The notes: generated from the sequence alone by a model not told the origin. DNA of 64,000 nucleotides from a bacterium (GCA_965216315.1 CBDCFN010000016.1:864001-928000); one strand, 5' to 3'; positions 28,398 to 38,393 are shown, numbered from the stretch's first letter. Program-made: numbers and translations.

Positions 28398-29798
28398 ATG
28401 AGCCGCTCTCTTTACTCACGGATTGTCTTGATCTGGGCTTGGGTTTTCTTGATCGTCGGTTTGCTTTTTTGTCTGATGCCGGTGCGAGTCGGGCAGACCC
28501 TGACAGGTTGGGCTCATCTGATTGGTTTGACCGGGACCATTACGGCGCCGGCCGGAACCCTTTGGCTCGTTCTCTCACTCTCCTTAATGAGTATCATTAC
28601 CTATTGTTCCTTTAGGAGTGCCAAACATCCTCATTGTGTGGGGCCATATCGGGCGCTTTTGGTGGCGAAGTCGGTCAGTACGCTTGGTTTTGCGTGGCTG
28701 GCCATTACGCTGGGGCCGGCCTGGATTATTTGTGCGGTGGGAGATGGTTTTGTCGGCCTTACGCTATGGGCAAGCCATCGGTATAGCTTCCACAATCAAG
28801 GGCTCATTCGGCAAGACTTTGCGCGTCGCTACACGAGACAATCGCCTTTCTATGAAATATGGTTCGGAAAATTTAATATCGCGCCGGGGATCGCGTTTTG
28901 GTTTCGCTATACTTTACTGAATGGGGTGCGCCAAGAGGCCAGTAGCTGGGCCATACTCTTTCGTGACGGCGAGATTGAAGCCGGCAAGGATACAATGGAA
29001 CTTGGACAATTATCTCCGGCCAATCGTATCGTTGTTCCTTATAGCGACGCTCCCGAACGTTTTGGAGCGCATCCCCAAGTCTTTCATTTGGGTGCCAATT
29101 ATTTGGATGCATCGAATGCGCTCGGCAAGGCAGGTAATCTGACCTGGGACCTGGATTTTTTCGATCACGGCCTGAGTTTTAATCATGTTCCTAAGAGCTT
29201 GGCGTGCCTTGGACTTGCAAAAAGCACTTTGGCGAGTTGTTTCCTTGATCTCCGTTTCTCCGGCTATGTCGCCAATCAAGCGGAGGAACTCAGTTTCGAA
29301 GATGTTCCCGGAATGATTGGTCATATCTATGGCAAGCAACAGGCGCGCGAGTGGGCCTGGGCTCATTGCAATATTTTTGACGGTGGTGAAGATGTTGTCT
29401 TTGAAGGCCTGTCGGCGCGGATTCGTGTTGCGGGACGGCTGACACCACCGCTATCGTCATTTGTTCTCTTTGTAGAAGGGCAGCGTTATGCGTTTTCATC
29501 AGTGTGGAAAATTGCCTCGGCTGAATCCGAGTTTGGCGAGGGACGCTGGCGTTTTCGCGCTCAATCGGGGGGAGTCATTTTAGAAGGGGAGCTGGAGGCT
29601 CCTCCAGGGCAAGTAGCGGTCGTGACTTATACCGATACGGATGATTCGCATTTATGGTGCCACAACAGCAAACTCAGCCGCTTGCATTTGCATCTCATCG
29701 ATCCGACACGCAAGATTGATCGCCATTTCGAAGCGGGGGAGACAGCGGCCTTTGAAATTGTCAATCGCCAATCCCCTAAGAGGAGTGTGGTGCTCTAA
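28398..29798 (+). CDS. Membrane-anchored protein with tocopherol-cyclase/AttH-like beta domain
   Basis: N-terminal TM helices, then YEIWF, FWFRYT, GMIGHIYG, WAWAHCN, YTDTD..CHNSK. Confidence 0.55.
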   Translation: MSRSLYSRIVLIWAWVFLIVGLLFCLMPVRVGQTLTGWAHLIGLTGTITAPAGTLWLVLSLSLMSIITYCSFRSAKHPHCVGPYRALLVAKSVSTLGFAWLAITLGPAWIICAVGDGFVGLTLWASHRYSFHNQGLIRQDFARRYTRQSPFYEIWFGKFNIAPGIAFWFRYTLLNGVRQEASSWAILFRDGEIEAGKDTMELGQLSPANRIVVPYSDAPERFGAHPQVFHLGANYLDASNALGKAGNLTWDLDFFDHGLSFNHVPKSLACLGLAKSTLASCFLDLRFSGYVANQAEELSFEDVPGMIGHIYGKQQAREWAWAHCNIFDGGEDVVFEGLSARIRVAGRLTPPLSSFVLFVEGQRYAFSSVWKIASAESEFGEGRWRFRAQSGGVILEGELEAPPGQVAVVTYTDTDDSHLWCHNSKLSRLHLHLIDPTRKIDRHFEAGETAAFEIVNRQSPKRSVVL

Positions 29799-31627
29799 TG
29801 ATCAAGGCTTTTTGTGTGCGCTGGTTGCAGGCGGCAGGTCTGACCGGTGAAGAAGCCCGCCAGAGAGTTGTCTTCGCGCTTGAGCGGGTGAAGCGTTATC
29901 CCTTTCCAATGTCGTTCTTCTATCGGCTGTGTGTCTTTTTTTTGGAATATTTCGGGCCCATCTTTTCCATCGGAAAATTGAAGCGAGCGAGTAATCTGAA
30001 CGCCTTTGATTTTGAAAAGTTCGAACAAAAATTTCATAATTTTCGTTTTACTTTAATTCGCGGCATTTTTATTTTGGCGCGAGCACCACTATGGGAGCAA
30101 CTGGCTCCCGAACCGCAACCGGAAGCGCGTGCGCCGCATCCACTTGCCGGTAAGCTTTCCGTCCCCGCTAAGGGGGACCGCTTTGATGTCATTATTATTG
30201 GGTCCGGCGCCGGCGGGGCCCCATTGGCTTGGAAGCTCGCGCGTTCGGGCGTCAAAGTTGCCCTCATTGAATCCGGGGGCTTGGTCGTGCCGCAGACAAC
30301 GGCTTATGCCCTTGAGCATTATTATCTCCATCAAACGATGACCTTTTCCATGAAGGGCGGTCTGCTTCCCGTCTTTGCCGGCGATACGATCGGGGGGACG
30401 ACGTCGATTAATTCGGGGACCTGCCTGCGGCCCGATCCCGAGTGTCTCGCTGTCTGGGACAAAAAACTTGGGACATCGTTTGCCGAGGGCCTTCTCGATG
30501 CCTATTTTGACGTTATCGAAGATGTCTTGGGAATAGCGCCGCCGCCGCGGGAGATACTCGGACCATCGGCGTTTAAGTTTGAGGCGGGCTTAAAACAATT
30601 AGGTCGGAATGGCGCTTATGTATTACCTCGTAATGCTCCTGGCTGTGAAGGGTCGGGTCGTTGCTGTTTTATTTGTCCGACGGGTTCCAAGCTGGGCACG
30701 GATCTCGCGTTTTTACCGGATGCTATAGATAACGGGTGCGTGCTTTTCGGTGAAACGCGGGCACTTAAAATTCGTGAGCATGGAGACGGTGTTTGGGTGC
30801 GGGTTGTGCACCGAGGCCGTAAGAAGACACTCGAAGCCAAGAATTTGATTATTGCCGCCGGGGCCTTTGGAGCGACGCGGCTTATTCGCAATAATCGACT
30901 GGGGACTCATTGGCGCCAGGCCGGAAAACATCTGCGCGTTCATCCGGCATCCAAGGTGTTTGCGTATTATTCGGACCCCATCCACGGTGAGCGCGGCGTG
31001 CCGCAGGCGTTGGGTTACCGTGCGCCTGAGTTAGAGCGAGTTGTCTTCGAAGGCATTTTTACGCCCAAGTCGACGGCCGGGCCGGTGCTTTCTTCTGCGG
31101 GGGCTGCCCAAACCTGGTGGTTGGAGCGCTATGATCATCTCGCGAGTTTTGGGCTCATGGTTAGAGAGCGGGGCGAGGGCCGGTTATTCTATATCAAGGA
31201 TTGGCCGGTTATTCGTTATCGTCTGCACAAAAAGGACGTTCGCGATATGATGGCGGGGTTGATCCTCTGTGGGCAGGCCTTCTTGGCCTCCGGAGCCGAG
31301 CGCATTCTCTTGCCACTCATTGGGCATAAAAATGAATACGATGATATCGATGAACTCGGTGAGCTGGACCCCGCGGCCTTTAAGCAATCACACTTGATTA
31401 ACAGTGGTTTTCACCCGCAAGGGACCGCGGCGATGGGAGTGGTTGTGAACAAGAATTTATCACTGAAGGGGACCAATCACATTTACGTCTGCGATGCGTC
31501 CGTGTTGCCGGCGACACCGGGCGTGAATCCGATGGTGACGATCATGGGGCTCGCGCTTTATTTAGCGGATATGTTGCGGGCGAAAGATGAATTTAAGAGT
31601 GCGGTTTCTTGCCGCAAGAAGAATTGA
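29798..31627 (+). CDS. GMC-family oxidoreductase with fused N-terminal helical domain
   Basis: GSGAGGA, IGGTTSINSG, CEGSGRCCFICP, HPQGT, DASVLP..VNPMVTIM. Confidence 0.88.
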   Translation: MIKAFCVRWLQAAGLTGEEARQRVVFALERVKRYPFPMSFFYRLCVFFLEYFGPIFSIGKLKRASNLNAFDFEKFEQKFHNFRFTLIRGIFILARAPLWEQLAPEPQPEARAPHPLAGKLSVPAKGDRFDVIIIGSGAGGAPLAWKLARSGVKVALIESGGLVVPQTTAYALEHYYLHQTMTFSMKGGLLPVFAGDTIGGTTSINSGTCLRPDPECLAVWDKKLGTSFAEGLLDAYFDVIEDVLGIAPPPREILGPSAFKFEAGLKQLGRNGAYVLPRNAPGCEGSGRCCFICPTGSKLGTDLAFLPDAIDNGCVLFGETRALKIREHGDGVWVRVVHRGRKKTLEAKNLIIAAGAFGATRLIRNNRLGTHWRQAGKHLRVHPASKVFAYYSDPIHGERGVPQALGYRAPELERVVFEGIFTPKSTAGPVLSSAGAAQTWWLERYDHLASFGLMVRERGEGRLFYIKDWPVIRYRLHKKDVRDMMAGLILCGQAFLASGAERILLPLIGHKNEYDDIDELGELDPAAFKQSHLINSGFHPQGTAAMGVVVNKNLSLKGTNHIYVCDASVLPATPGVNPMVTIMGLALYLADMLRAKDEFKSAVSCRKKN

Positions 31628-31733
31628 CTTCACAGTCCGAACAGTGACCTTTCTTTTTCCAATATGATCGGTAAAGCACCACAGTGACGATACCGAAGAT
31701 GCCGATCAGCCAGAGATAGTCATAAAGGCCCAT
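31593..31733 (-). CDS. FeoB-associated Cys-rich small membrane protein
   Basis: MGLYDYLWLIGIFGIVTVVLYRSYWKKKGHCSDCEVNSSCGKKPHS; ATG 7 nt after the feoB stop, GGAGG RBS. Confidence 0.7.
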   Translation of the reverse strand: MGLYDYLWLIGIFGIVTVVLYRSYWKKKGHCSDCEVNSSCGKKPHS

Positions 31734-31740
31734 AACCTGA

Positions 31741-33951
31741 TTATCCTCCCCATCCGAGTAAAGATCCACCCTGATAGACCGCAAAGGCTGCGAGCCAGGC
31801 GAGGGCGGTTTGATAGGCGAAGGCGAGCGCGGGCCACTTCCAGGTGCCGAATTCAGTGCGCATCGCGATCGCGACAACGACGCAGGGCATGTAGAGCAGG
31901 ACAAAGATAAGAAAGGCGTAACTTTGTAATGGAGTGAAGGCGCGGCGGACAGACGATTGCAAGGGGGAGTTATTGGCGTCTGCTTCCGTCGACAGGCTGG
32001 CGATCCCGAAGGTCGAAACGATATTCGTCCCGGCTTGCTTGACGGCGGTGCCAAAAGAACTGCCGATTTCAATCAAGTCCGCTTTGAACGTCGGAGCCTC
32101 GATTTCTTCCTCGGACTGTGGGGTGTAGATTTCGCCCATCGATCCGACGATGATCTCCTTGGCAATCACTCCGGTGATCAGTGCAGCGGAGGCTTCCCAC
32201 GTACCGAAGCCCAAGGGCTCAAAAATCGGGGCAATCGCTTGGCCGGTTTTCCCTAAGTAAGAATCTTGCTTGTCGGCGACCCCCCAAGGCAAATTAAGTA
32301 AAAACCAAACGAGGATAGAAACGGCAAAAATATAGGTTCCGGCCTTCTTTAGAAAGTGTTTTCCTTTTTCCCAGGTATGAATCATCAAATTCTTAAAAGT
32401 AGGGAGGCGATAGGGTGGTAATTCCATGATGAACATCGGGGCTTCGCCTCGAAACAGCGTTTTTTTGAAAATGATGCCGACGAGAACGGCAAAGAGGATG
32501 CCGGCGACATAGAGCGACCACAATACCAGCCCGGAGTGCTTGACGAAAAAAACGCTCGCAAACAAGACATAGACCGGCAAACGCGCGCCGCATGACATCA
32601 AGGGGATAAGTAATGAAGTCAGGACCCGGTCGCGCGTACTTTCTAGGGTGCGCGTGGCATAAACGGCGGGGACGTTGCAGCCGAAGCCCATCAGCATGGG
32701 GATAAATGACTTACCGTGGAGTCCAATCGTGTGCATGGCGCGGTCCATGACAAAAGCGGCACGCGCCATGTAGCCGCTCGCTTCCAGAAAGGTCAGGAAA
32801 AACATCATTGCAAAGATCACCGGGACAAAGACCAGAACAAAGCCGACTCCGGCAATGACTCCATCAGTCGCTAATGAACTGACCCATGGAGGCGCATGGA
32901 TCAAAGTGAAGAAGGCGGCAGTCCAACGCGAGATTGGACCGGCCATCATCATATCTACCCAGTCGACGAAAGGCGTCGAGACATCAAAGGTCAACTTAAA
33001 AACAAACCACATGGTGCCAAGAAAAATCGGGATACCGAGGAAACGATTTAAAACAATGCGGTCGATGCGTTCGGTCAGCTCTTTGCGTTTTACGCGCGGG
33101 CGCTGCAGAATTTCCTGCGTCAGACCGGCCGCTTGGCCGTAGCGGGCTTCGGCGAGTTGCCCTTCAATGTCGTCATCATGGGCTTTCCTGAGATGAGTCA
33201 ACGCGGGTTCAGTGAGCTCCTCGATATTTAGGAGGCGGGTCTCCTTAAGTACGTGACGATCTCCTTCGATGATTTTGAGCGTCAACCATCTTAGCGGATA
33301 CTTCTTGACCAGTTCCGGGTGTCTCTCTTGTAGTTGTAATTGCACTTGTTGGACGGCTGTTTCGATATCTTCGCCGTAATAGCAGGGCTTCGGCGGGGAG
33401 GGATGCTTACGCATGGCGACTTGAGCCGCGGCTTCAAATAATTCTTGGGTGCCGATTCCCTTCGTTGCGACTGTCTTGATGACGCGAATACCGAGGATCT
33501 CTTCCATTAATTGGGTATTGATTTTAAAGCCTTTCGCCTCGGCCTCGTCGTAAATGTTGAGCGCGAGCACGACCGGTATGCCCATTTCGATTAATTGAAT
33601 CGTCAGATAGAGGTTTCTTTCCAGATTGGTGGCATCAATCACATTAATGACGACGTCGGGATTTTTGTGGACGAGGTAATCGCGGGCGATGATTTCTTCT
33701 TGTGAGTAGGGACTGAGACTATAGGTTCCGGGAAGGTCGATGAGTTTCACGCGTTTGCCGCGGTGGTTTAGAATGGCTTCTTTTTTTTCGACCGTGACGC
33801 CGGACCAATTGCCGACTTGGAGACGAGTACCGGCGATGGCATTGATGAGCGTTGATTTCCCCGAGTTCGGATTGCCGGCAACGGCAATCGTCAGGTCTTT
33901 TTTAGGGACCGAAGCGGGGACTTCGGGGTGCTGCGAAGATACGGTTGACAT
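31741..33951 (-). CDS. feoB: Ferrous iron transporter B
   Basis: GNPNSGKS, GNWSGVTVE, DLPGTYSL, GFGCNVPA, MSCGARLPVY, MELPPYR, LYMPC. Confidence 0.97.
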   Translation of the reverse strand: MSTVSSQHPEVPASVPKKDLTIAVAGNPNSGKSTLINAIAGTRLQVGNWSGVTVEKKEAILNHRGKRVKLIDLPGTYSLSPYSQEEIIARDYLVHKNPDVVINVIDATNLERNLYLTIQLIEMGIPVVLALNIYDEAEAKGFKINTQLMEEILGIRVIKTVATKGIGTQELFEAAAQVAMRKHPSPPKPCYYGEDIETAVQQVQLQLQERHPELVKKYPLRWLTLKIIEGDRHVLKETRLLNIEELTEPALTHLRKAHDDDIEGQLAEARYGQAAGLTQEILQRPRVKRKELTERIDRIVLNRFLGIPIFLGTMWFVFKLTFDVSTPFVDWVDMMMAGPISRWTAAFFTLIHAPPWVSSLATDGVIAGVGFVLVFVPVIFAMMFFLTFLEASGYMARAAFVMDRAMHTIGLHGKSFIPMLMGFGCNVPAVYATRTLESTRDRVLTSLLIPLMSCGARLPVYVLFASVFFVKHSGLVLWSLYVAGILFAVLVGIIFKKTLFRGEAPMFIMELPPYRLPTFKNLMIHTWEKGKHFLKKAGTYIFAVSILVWFLLNLPWGVADKQDSYLGKTGQAIAPIFEPLGFGTWEASAALITGVIAKEIIVGSMGEIYTPQSEEEIEAPTFKADLIEIGSSFGTAVKQAGTNIVSTFGIASLSTEADANNSPLQSSVRRAFTPLQSYAFLIFVLLYMPCVVVAIAMRTEFGTWKWPALAFAYQTALAWLAAFAVYQGGSLLGWGG

Positions 33952-33963
33952 GATTCGACTCTA

Positions 33964-34188
33964 CTAAGATTGCTCGAGCTCGATGGCCTCGGCTTCTTTT
34001 TTGCGCAGCGAGAGATGATAATTCTTGATAGTGACTTCCAGCGGATCACCCAAGGGGGCGATTTTTTTCATCGTAACCGTTTCACCGTTAAGCACGCCCA
34101 TATCCATGAGACGACGCTTGAGAGCACCGGAGACACCGACTCGTTTAATGACTCCACTTTCGCCAGGTCGCAGCATGGCGAGGTTCAT
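33964..34188 (-). CDS. feoA: Ferrous iron transport protein A
   Basis: RRLMDMG, APLGDP, LSLRKKEA. Confidence 0.93.
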   Translation of the reverse strand: MNLAMLRPGESGVIKRVGVSGALKRRLMDMGVLNGETVTMKKIAPLGDPLEVTIKNYHLSLRKKEAEAIELEQS

Positions 34189-34430
34189 CGGCCATCCTTT
34201 TTAACAATAATTTTGTGGGCCATCCGACGCGCGATTGCAATACGTGAGTTGTCGACTTTGATGAGGAGGGGACCATGGCGGCCATTCGATAGCATTTCGA
34301 CCGATTGCCCTTCGCGGAGACCCATGGAAGCGACGCGTTGTTGTGCCTTCGGGTCAGGATCTTTGGGGGTGCCACGGACTTCGATGACGGTAGCCGTTTC
34401 TCCTGAGGATAATAGGCCTAATGCGACCAT
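34185..34430 (-). CDS. feoA: FeoA-family protein (second copy)
   Basis: QRVASMGLREG, GPLLIKVDNSRIAIAR.MA.KI. Confidence 0.88.
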   Translation of the reverse strand: MVALGLLSSGETATVIEVRGTPKDPDPKAQQRVASMGLREGQSVEMLSNGRHGPLLIKVDNSRIAIARRMAHKIIVKKDGR

Positions 34431-34450
34431 AGGGGCCTCCTGAAGTCGTT

Positions 34451-34471
34451 AATTGAAAATGACTTTCAATA
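34451..34471. promoter_or_regulatory. Fur box upstream of the feo operon
   Basis: Minus strand TATTGAAAGTCATTTTCAATT (7-1-7 inverted repeat); TTGACA on the minus strand at 34498-34503. Confidence 0.8.
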
Positions 34472-34607
34472 CCTATTAACCCCATTTTAGGTCGATCTGT
34501 CAATATGTTTTTCATCAGTAATGGGGCTCAGACGCCTTATTTCAGGGGGTTGCGGGGCTCGGCGGCCCCCTCCCGGAGGAGAGGGCTCGCTGAGGCGTCC
34601 GCAGAGC

Positions 34608-35459
34608 TTAGCTCGATTCGGAACTGTCGTCATCATCGAGATCCGTCGAGTCTTCGATGTTGTCGGCGATGATGTCGTCGATATTGCCGCACTCATTCTC
34701 AGTGGTGTCTTTGCTGATGACCAGAGTGCCGTCAATACTGAGGATATCACCTGAGTCCACGCAACTCTGGATATCAACGCCTTGCAGCCACTGTCCGATG
34801 TCTAAGGTCAGCAAGAGTTCATTGACATCCAATGCTTCAGAGATCGTTGCTCCCGTCGCACTTTCAAAGCGAATCTCTTTGTCGTCGTCGAGGAGCATAA
34901 TGAAGTCGGTGTCGCCGGCATCCAGCATCAGGGCCCCGGCAAAGAATACGGAGTGTTCTTTGAGCTCGTCGGGAACGCCGCTCGGCAACACGATGCCCTC
35001 ATCGGGATCATCTAATTTCAAATCGACCCTCTTTACGAGTCCGGAGGGTAAGATCACACTGCTTAAGTCAGGAGTCGCCTCACCGCTGAGTAAGTTATAG
35101 TAAAAGGGCCCATTAAATTGGATTTCATCTCCTTCATCGACTTCTATCTCGACTTCACATTCGGCTCCTGGGGGCAATGTAATGTCGAGAGAGTCACAAC
35201 TGACTCCATCCGGTAAGTGGACTTCTACTTTTTCAATAGCGATCCAGGCTTGATCTAAATCGAAGCCGGTTCCGCCGCTGTCGGCTACCACTAAGGCGGC
35301 CGGAGTATTATTAATTGCGAGCAAGCGAATATTGGTACTGCTGGCGTCGCCATCCAGGTTTTCGGGTGCATTGATGTTATTGCTTGTCCCGGAACCGCAG
35401 CCGGCAAGCCATAGCATGCAAATGACCGAGAACCCCATGAATTGTTTGAATTTCAACAT
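34608..35459 (-). CDS. Acidic lipoprotein of unknown function
   Basis: Lipobox LAGC; Asp/Glu-rich; F.GPF..(N/D)LL motif shared with the upstream lipoprotein. Confidence 0.75.
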   Translation of the reverse strand: MLKFKQFMGFSVICMLWLAGCGSGTSNNINAPENLDGDASSTNIRLLAINNTPAALVVADSGGTGFDLDQAWIAIEKVEVHLPDGVSCDSLDITLPPGAECEVEIEVDEGDEIQFNGPFYYNLLSGEATPDLSSVILPSGLVKRVDLKLDDPDEGIVLPSGVPDELKEHSVFFAGALMLDAGDTDFIMLLDDDKEIRFESATGATISEALDVNELLLTLDIGQWLQGVDIQSCVDSGDILSIDGTLVISKDTTENECGNIDDIIADNIEDSTDLDDDDSSESS

Positions 35460-35482
35460 GGCTCTCCTCCTTGAGATTGTGA

Positions 35483-35516
35483 GCTGAATGGCTTAGCCGG
35501 CGTTAAGCCATTCAGC
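35483..35516. other. Intra-operon stem-loop
   Basis: Perfect 13-bp stem GCTGAATGGCTTA/TAAGCCATTCAGC, no U-tract. Confidence 0.6.
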
Positions 35517-35524
35517 GTATGTTA

Positions 35525-36340
35525 CTATGGAACAAGTTGCCCCTGCGCTAAGGAGTTTTCTTGCTCCGCTTCGTCTAATTCATCATCATTGTCACTGTCT
35601 TCAAACAAGTCCGAAGATAGTTCCAAATTCTTAATGATCTGCTCCAATAATATTTGATTGTGGCCTTCTTCGAGCAGAATGATGGGCTGGCCATCGGGCC
35701 CCAGGCTGATTTCAACATCAGGGGCATCGAGGTCGACATTGTTAAACCATTGATCCAGATCGAAGGCGATAAAGACTTGTTCAGTCCCGTTTTGAGAACT
35801 TAATTCAAAACCGGTGTTTTCATTTTCAAGTTCAAATTCTTCGTCCTTATTAAGCGTTACCTGAAAGGGGGTGCCGTCGCCGCGTTCACCGCTAATGACA
35901 ACGCTCTTGCCGGCGAGCGGGCTCGAAACGCTTTCTTCCAGCTTGGCGAGACGGAGTTCAATGCGGCAGTAGACGTCCTCCGGAATGCCTACCCCGACTA
36001 AGTTGGATTCATTGGTCGGATCGAGTAGGTCGACGATAAAAGGTCCGTCGAAGCGAATCTCTCCATTATCATCGAGAGTCTCGTCTTCACAGACTTCGAT
36101 GGGCCGGAAACGAATCCGCTCCAGCACGATGTCGGCCTGGGTCACATTTAAAGTTCCAACGATCAAGTGGGGCAATAGGACATTTTGGAGCGTGGAATTT
36201 TGATAGGCGATCACGCGCAGGTTAATCTTACTGGGATTGCCTGTCTCCGTACCTCCTTCCAGGGAAGATGTTTGGTTGCCGCAGGCCAGGCAGCCGATTA
36301 AGCCCAGCGTCCAAAATAGTTTGCTGAATAAATTTTTCAT
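35525..36340 (-). CDS. Acidic lipoprotein with GGTETGN motif
   Basis: Lipobox CLAC; GGTETGNP just after the signal; FDGPFIVDLL. Confidence 0.75.
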   Translation of the reverse strand: MKNLFSKLFWTLGLIGCLACGNQTSSLEGGTETGNPSKINLRVIAYQNSTLQNVLLPHLIVGTLNVTQADIVLERIRFRPIEVCEDETLDDNGEIRFDGPFIVDLLDPTNESNLVGVGIPEDVYCRIELRLAKLEESVSSPLAGKSVVISGERGDGTPFQVTLNKDEEFELENENTGFELSSQNGTEQVFIAFDLDQWFNNVDLDAPDVEISLGPDGQPIILLEEGHNQILLEQIIKNLELSSDLFEDSDNDDELDEAEQENSLAQGQLVP

Positions 36341-37191
36341 CGCTTCGCTTTCCCCGGTTCCAGTGTAAGTGGAAACATTTGAATATTTATTTGAACGACG
36401 TCTTCCGTCGCCTCATTTGTGGCAATCATTTTTAAGATTTCTTGTCGGAATTCTTGGATTTTGTCCTTCAATTCCGGGAGCCTTTTCTTGCTGACGCCTA
36501 AGGTGAGGGCGCTGATATCTCTTTTTTCGGCCGGCAATCTATCTAGTACGAATTTGCTCAGGTCGAGCAGATTGAGATGATAGTTAAATACACTGAGCGA
36601 TTTGACTTCGGGCCCTGTGGAGGCGAGCGAACTCACTTGACGCCACTGTCCATCGGGTGCCTTCTCGATAAGAGAAAGCTTTTCCAGGAGTGCGATGGAT
36701 TTATCGACTTGCTCTGGTGAAACGGCCGGATAGAGTCTTTCACTGATCCATTCCGCTGTTCCGTCAAAGTCCTTTGCGACGACCAACTCGCGGATGACGG
36801 TATGATACCAGGTGTTATAATAATCATACTGCGCCTGGTCGATAGGTTTTAATTCCTTCAGTTTGCGGGTTTTGAGGAGGGCGCGAAAGTGTTCATCCTT
36901 CTCCTGATGGCTTTCCGCTTGATTGAATAAGACGAGGTGGTGAAAAAATTCGCGTTCTTGCTTATTCAATTTAAGTCCAGAGGCAAACTTTTCGATACTT
37001 TCAATCGTGAGATTGCGGTCGCCATCCATGACCAGCTTAAAAATATTGGAGGAGGTAAAACCGGCGCGTTTGGAAAAGGTCCGAAACGAAAATGCGGCGC
37101 GCGTTCCTTTGGCTTGTTGATACCAATCCCGCAGGAATTTACGGTAATCCCGGTAGCTGAAGAGGTCGATTGCTTTGGGTGGCTTGGCCAT
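36337..37191 (-). CDS. TIGR02147-family protein (N-terminal HTH-like + DUF4423-like domain)
   Basis: Y.DYR.FL.D.Y, FSFR.FSKRAGF.S, G.RNL, YY..WYH.VIREL, RDISALT, Q.NIQMFPL. Confidence 0.85.
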   Translation of the reverse strand: MAKPPKAIDLFSYRDYRKFLRDWYQQAKGTRAAFSFRTFSKRAGFTSSNIFKLVMDGDRNLTIESIEKFASGLKLNKQEREFFHHLVLFNQAESHQEKDEHFRALLKTRKLKELKPIDQAQYDYYNTWYHTVIRELVVAKDFDGTAEWISERLYPAVSPEQVDKSIALLEKLSLIEKAPDGQWRQVSSLASTGPEVKSLSVFNYHLNLLDLSKFVLDRLPAEKRDISALTLGVSKKRLPELKDKIQEFRQEILKMIATNEATEDVVQINIQMFPLTLEPGKAKR

Positions 37192-37244
37192 GAATCAAAG
37201 CTACGCCGTCTCACGGAGTTCAGCAAGCTATTTGTATATTTTCA

Positions 37245-37260
37245 GCATACTTGAGTATGC
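37245..37260. promoter_or_regulatory. Palindromic operator candidate upstream of the TIGR02147 gene
   Basis: GCATACT-TG-AGTATGC; half-site AGTATGCA repeated at 37329-37336. Confidence 0.45.
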
Positions 37261-37430
37261 ATTTATTATTATAATTTATTGTAATAATTGAATAATTTAT
37301 ATGGTTTTAGTTAAATAGGATAGATTAAAGTATGCAACCCGCCTCTGAGCTGGGCCCTGTAATCATTGGGGAATTACGCAGCTCCGCCTAGGGTTTTCCA
37401 ATTTTCGCAAATTCCGCGCCCGAATTCCCA

Positions 37431-37457
37431 ACAACAAAAGCCCTTATTTTCCGATAA
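37431..37457 (+). promoter_or_regulatory. sigma28/FliA-like promoter
   Basis: ACAACAAA-N11-TCCGATAA upstream of ORF 37505. Confidence 0.5.
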
Positions 37458-37504
37458 ATTAGGGGAGTATTCGGTAATTATTAAGTTTTACCAAGGGAAG
37501 AACC

Positions 37505-38263
37505 ATGACTCTGCTAAGCCAAGTGAATGCCGCGACCTATCAGCAAGCCGTTGCCAGCTCGTTTTTTCAGAGCTTGGGCGTGCCGACGGATACCTATGCG
37601 GTACAGCTGGCCCCCCATATCTATTTAGAAGGTCACTCCAGCATCCGGCCGCCCCATTTTGGGAACTTTCAGCTGTTTCAAAGTACGCAGCCCCGACCGG
37701 TGTATGTGGCGGCATTGTTCGCCCAGACTGAACGATTCGCGGCCGAGGCGGCTCGTCCCGACCGGGTGAGTGAGAATGCCGGACACTATATGTTTGTCGG
37801 GACTCCAACGGCGGCGGATCGTATTAGCTTTGTCCCCGCACGCATCGAGACAACTTCGAGAAGTGACGTGACAAGTGGGCGTATCATGTCATCCTTATCG
37901 CTGCATGATTTTGGCATTGATGCCCTTATCCGACTCGGCCGAGATGATATGCTGGAATTCAAACGGGATCATCCCACGAGTCCGTATAGCTTGGCCTATT
38001 GGCTGGGTGGTTCGACTCTGGCCAGCAGATTTGAAGAGGTATCTGATCCAGATGAACTCTATGACATTATTGCCATCAGTGGCTTTCATTTTTTCAGCGA
38101 TGCCCCGTTTTTAAATTACTACCATACCCGCAAAAGGGCTGGCTTGAGCTCAACTCCTCCCCCCGACGAAGAGATCACGCAGCGCATCGATATACGCGCC
38201 GAACGTGTAGTACCACCACCACCGCCATTGCCGTCTATTGAGCCGGTCCGGCAAATTGCGTAA
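37505..38263 (+). CDS. Hypothetical protein with Pro-rich C-terminus
   Basis: 252-aa ORF, AAGGGAAG RBS, PPPPPLP tail, no signal peptide. Confidence 0.6.
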   Translation: MTLLSQVNAATYQQAVASSFFQSLGVPTDTYAVQLAPHIYLEGHSSIRPPHFGNFQLFQSTQPRPVYVAALFAQTERFAAEAARPDRVSENAGHYMFVGTPTAADRISFVPARIETTSRSDVTSGRIMSSLSLHDFGIDALIRLGRDDMLEFKRDHPTSPYSLAYWLGGSTLASRFEEVSDPDELYDIIAISGFHFFSDAPFLNYYHTRKRAGLSSTPPPDEEITQRIDIRAERVVPPPPPLPSIEPVRQIA

Positions 38264-38393
38264 TTTCGCCTCAAATCAGCGGATTCATTTTTGCTTTTCA
38301 TAAGCTCTCTGCTCGCGTAAAAGAATAGTCAATGAAAATTCAAAGGAATAAGAGTGACGGTAGTATAACCAGCCTAATTACGGTAGGAATGCG

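Noticed and set aside
31741..32072. 159-aa ORF overlapping the feoB 3' end
   Set aside because: Only its last 46 codons (31593-31733) form a plausible gene, the FeoB-associated protein.
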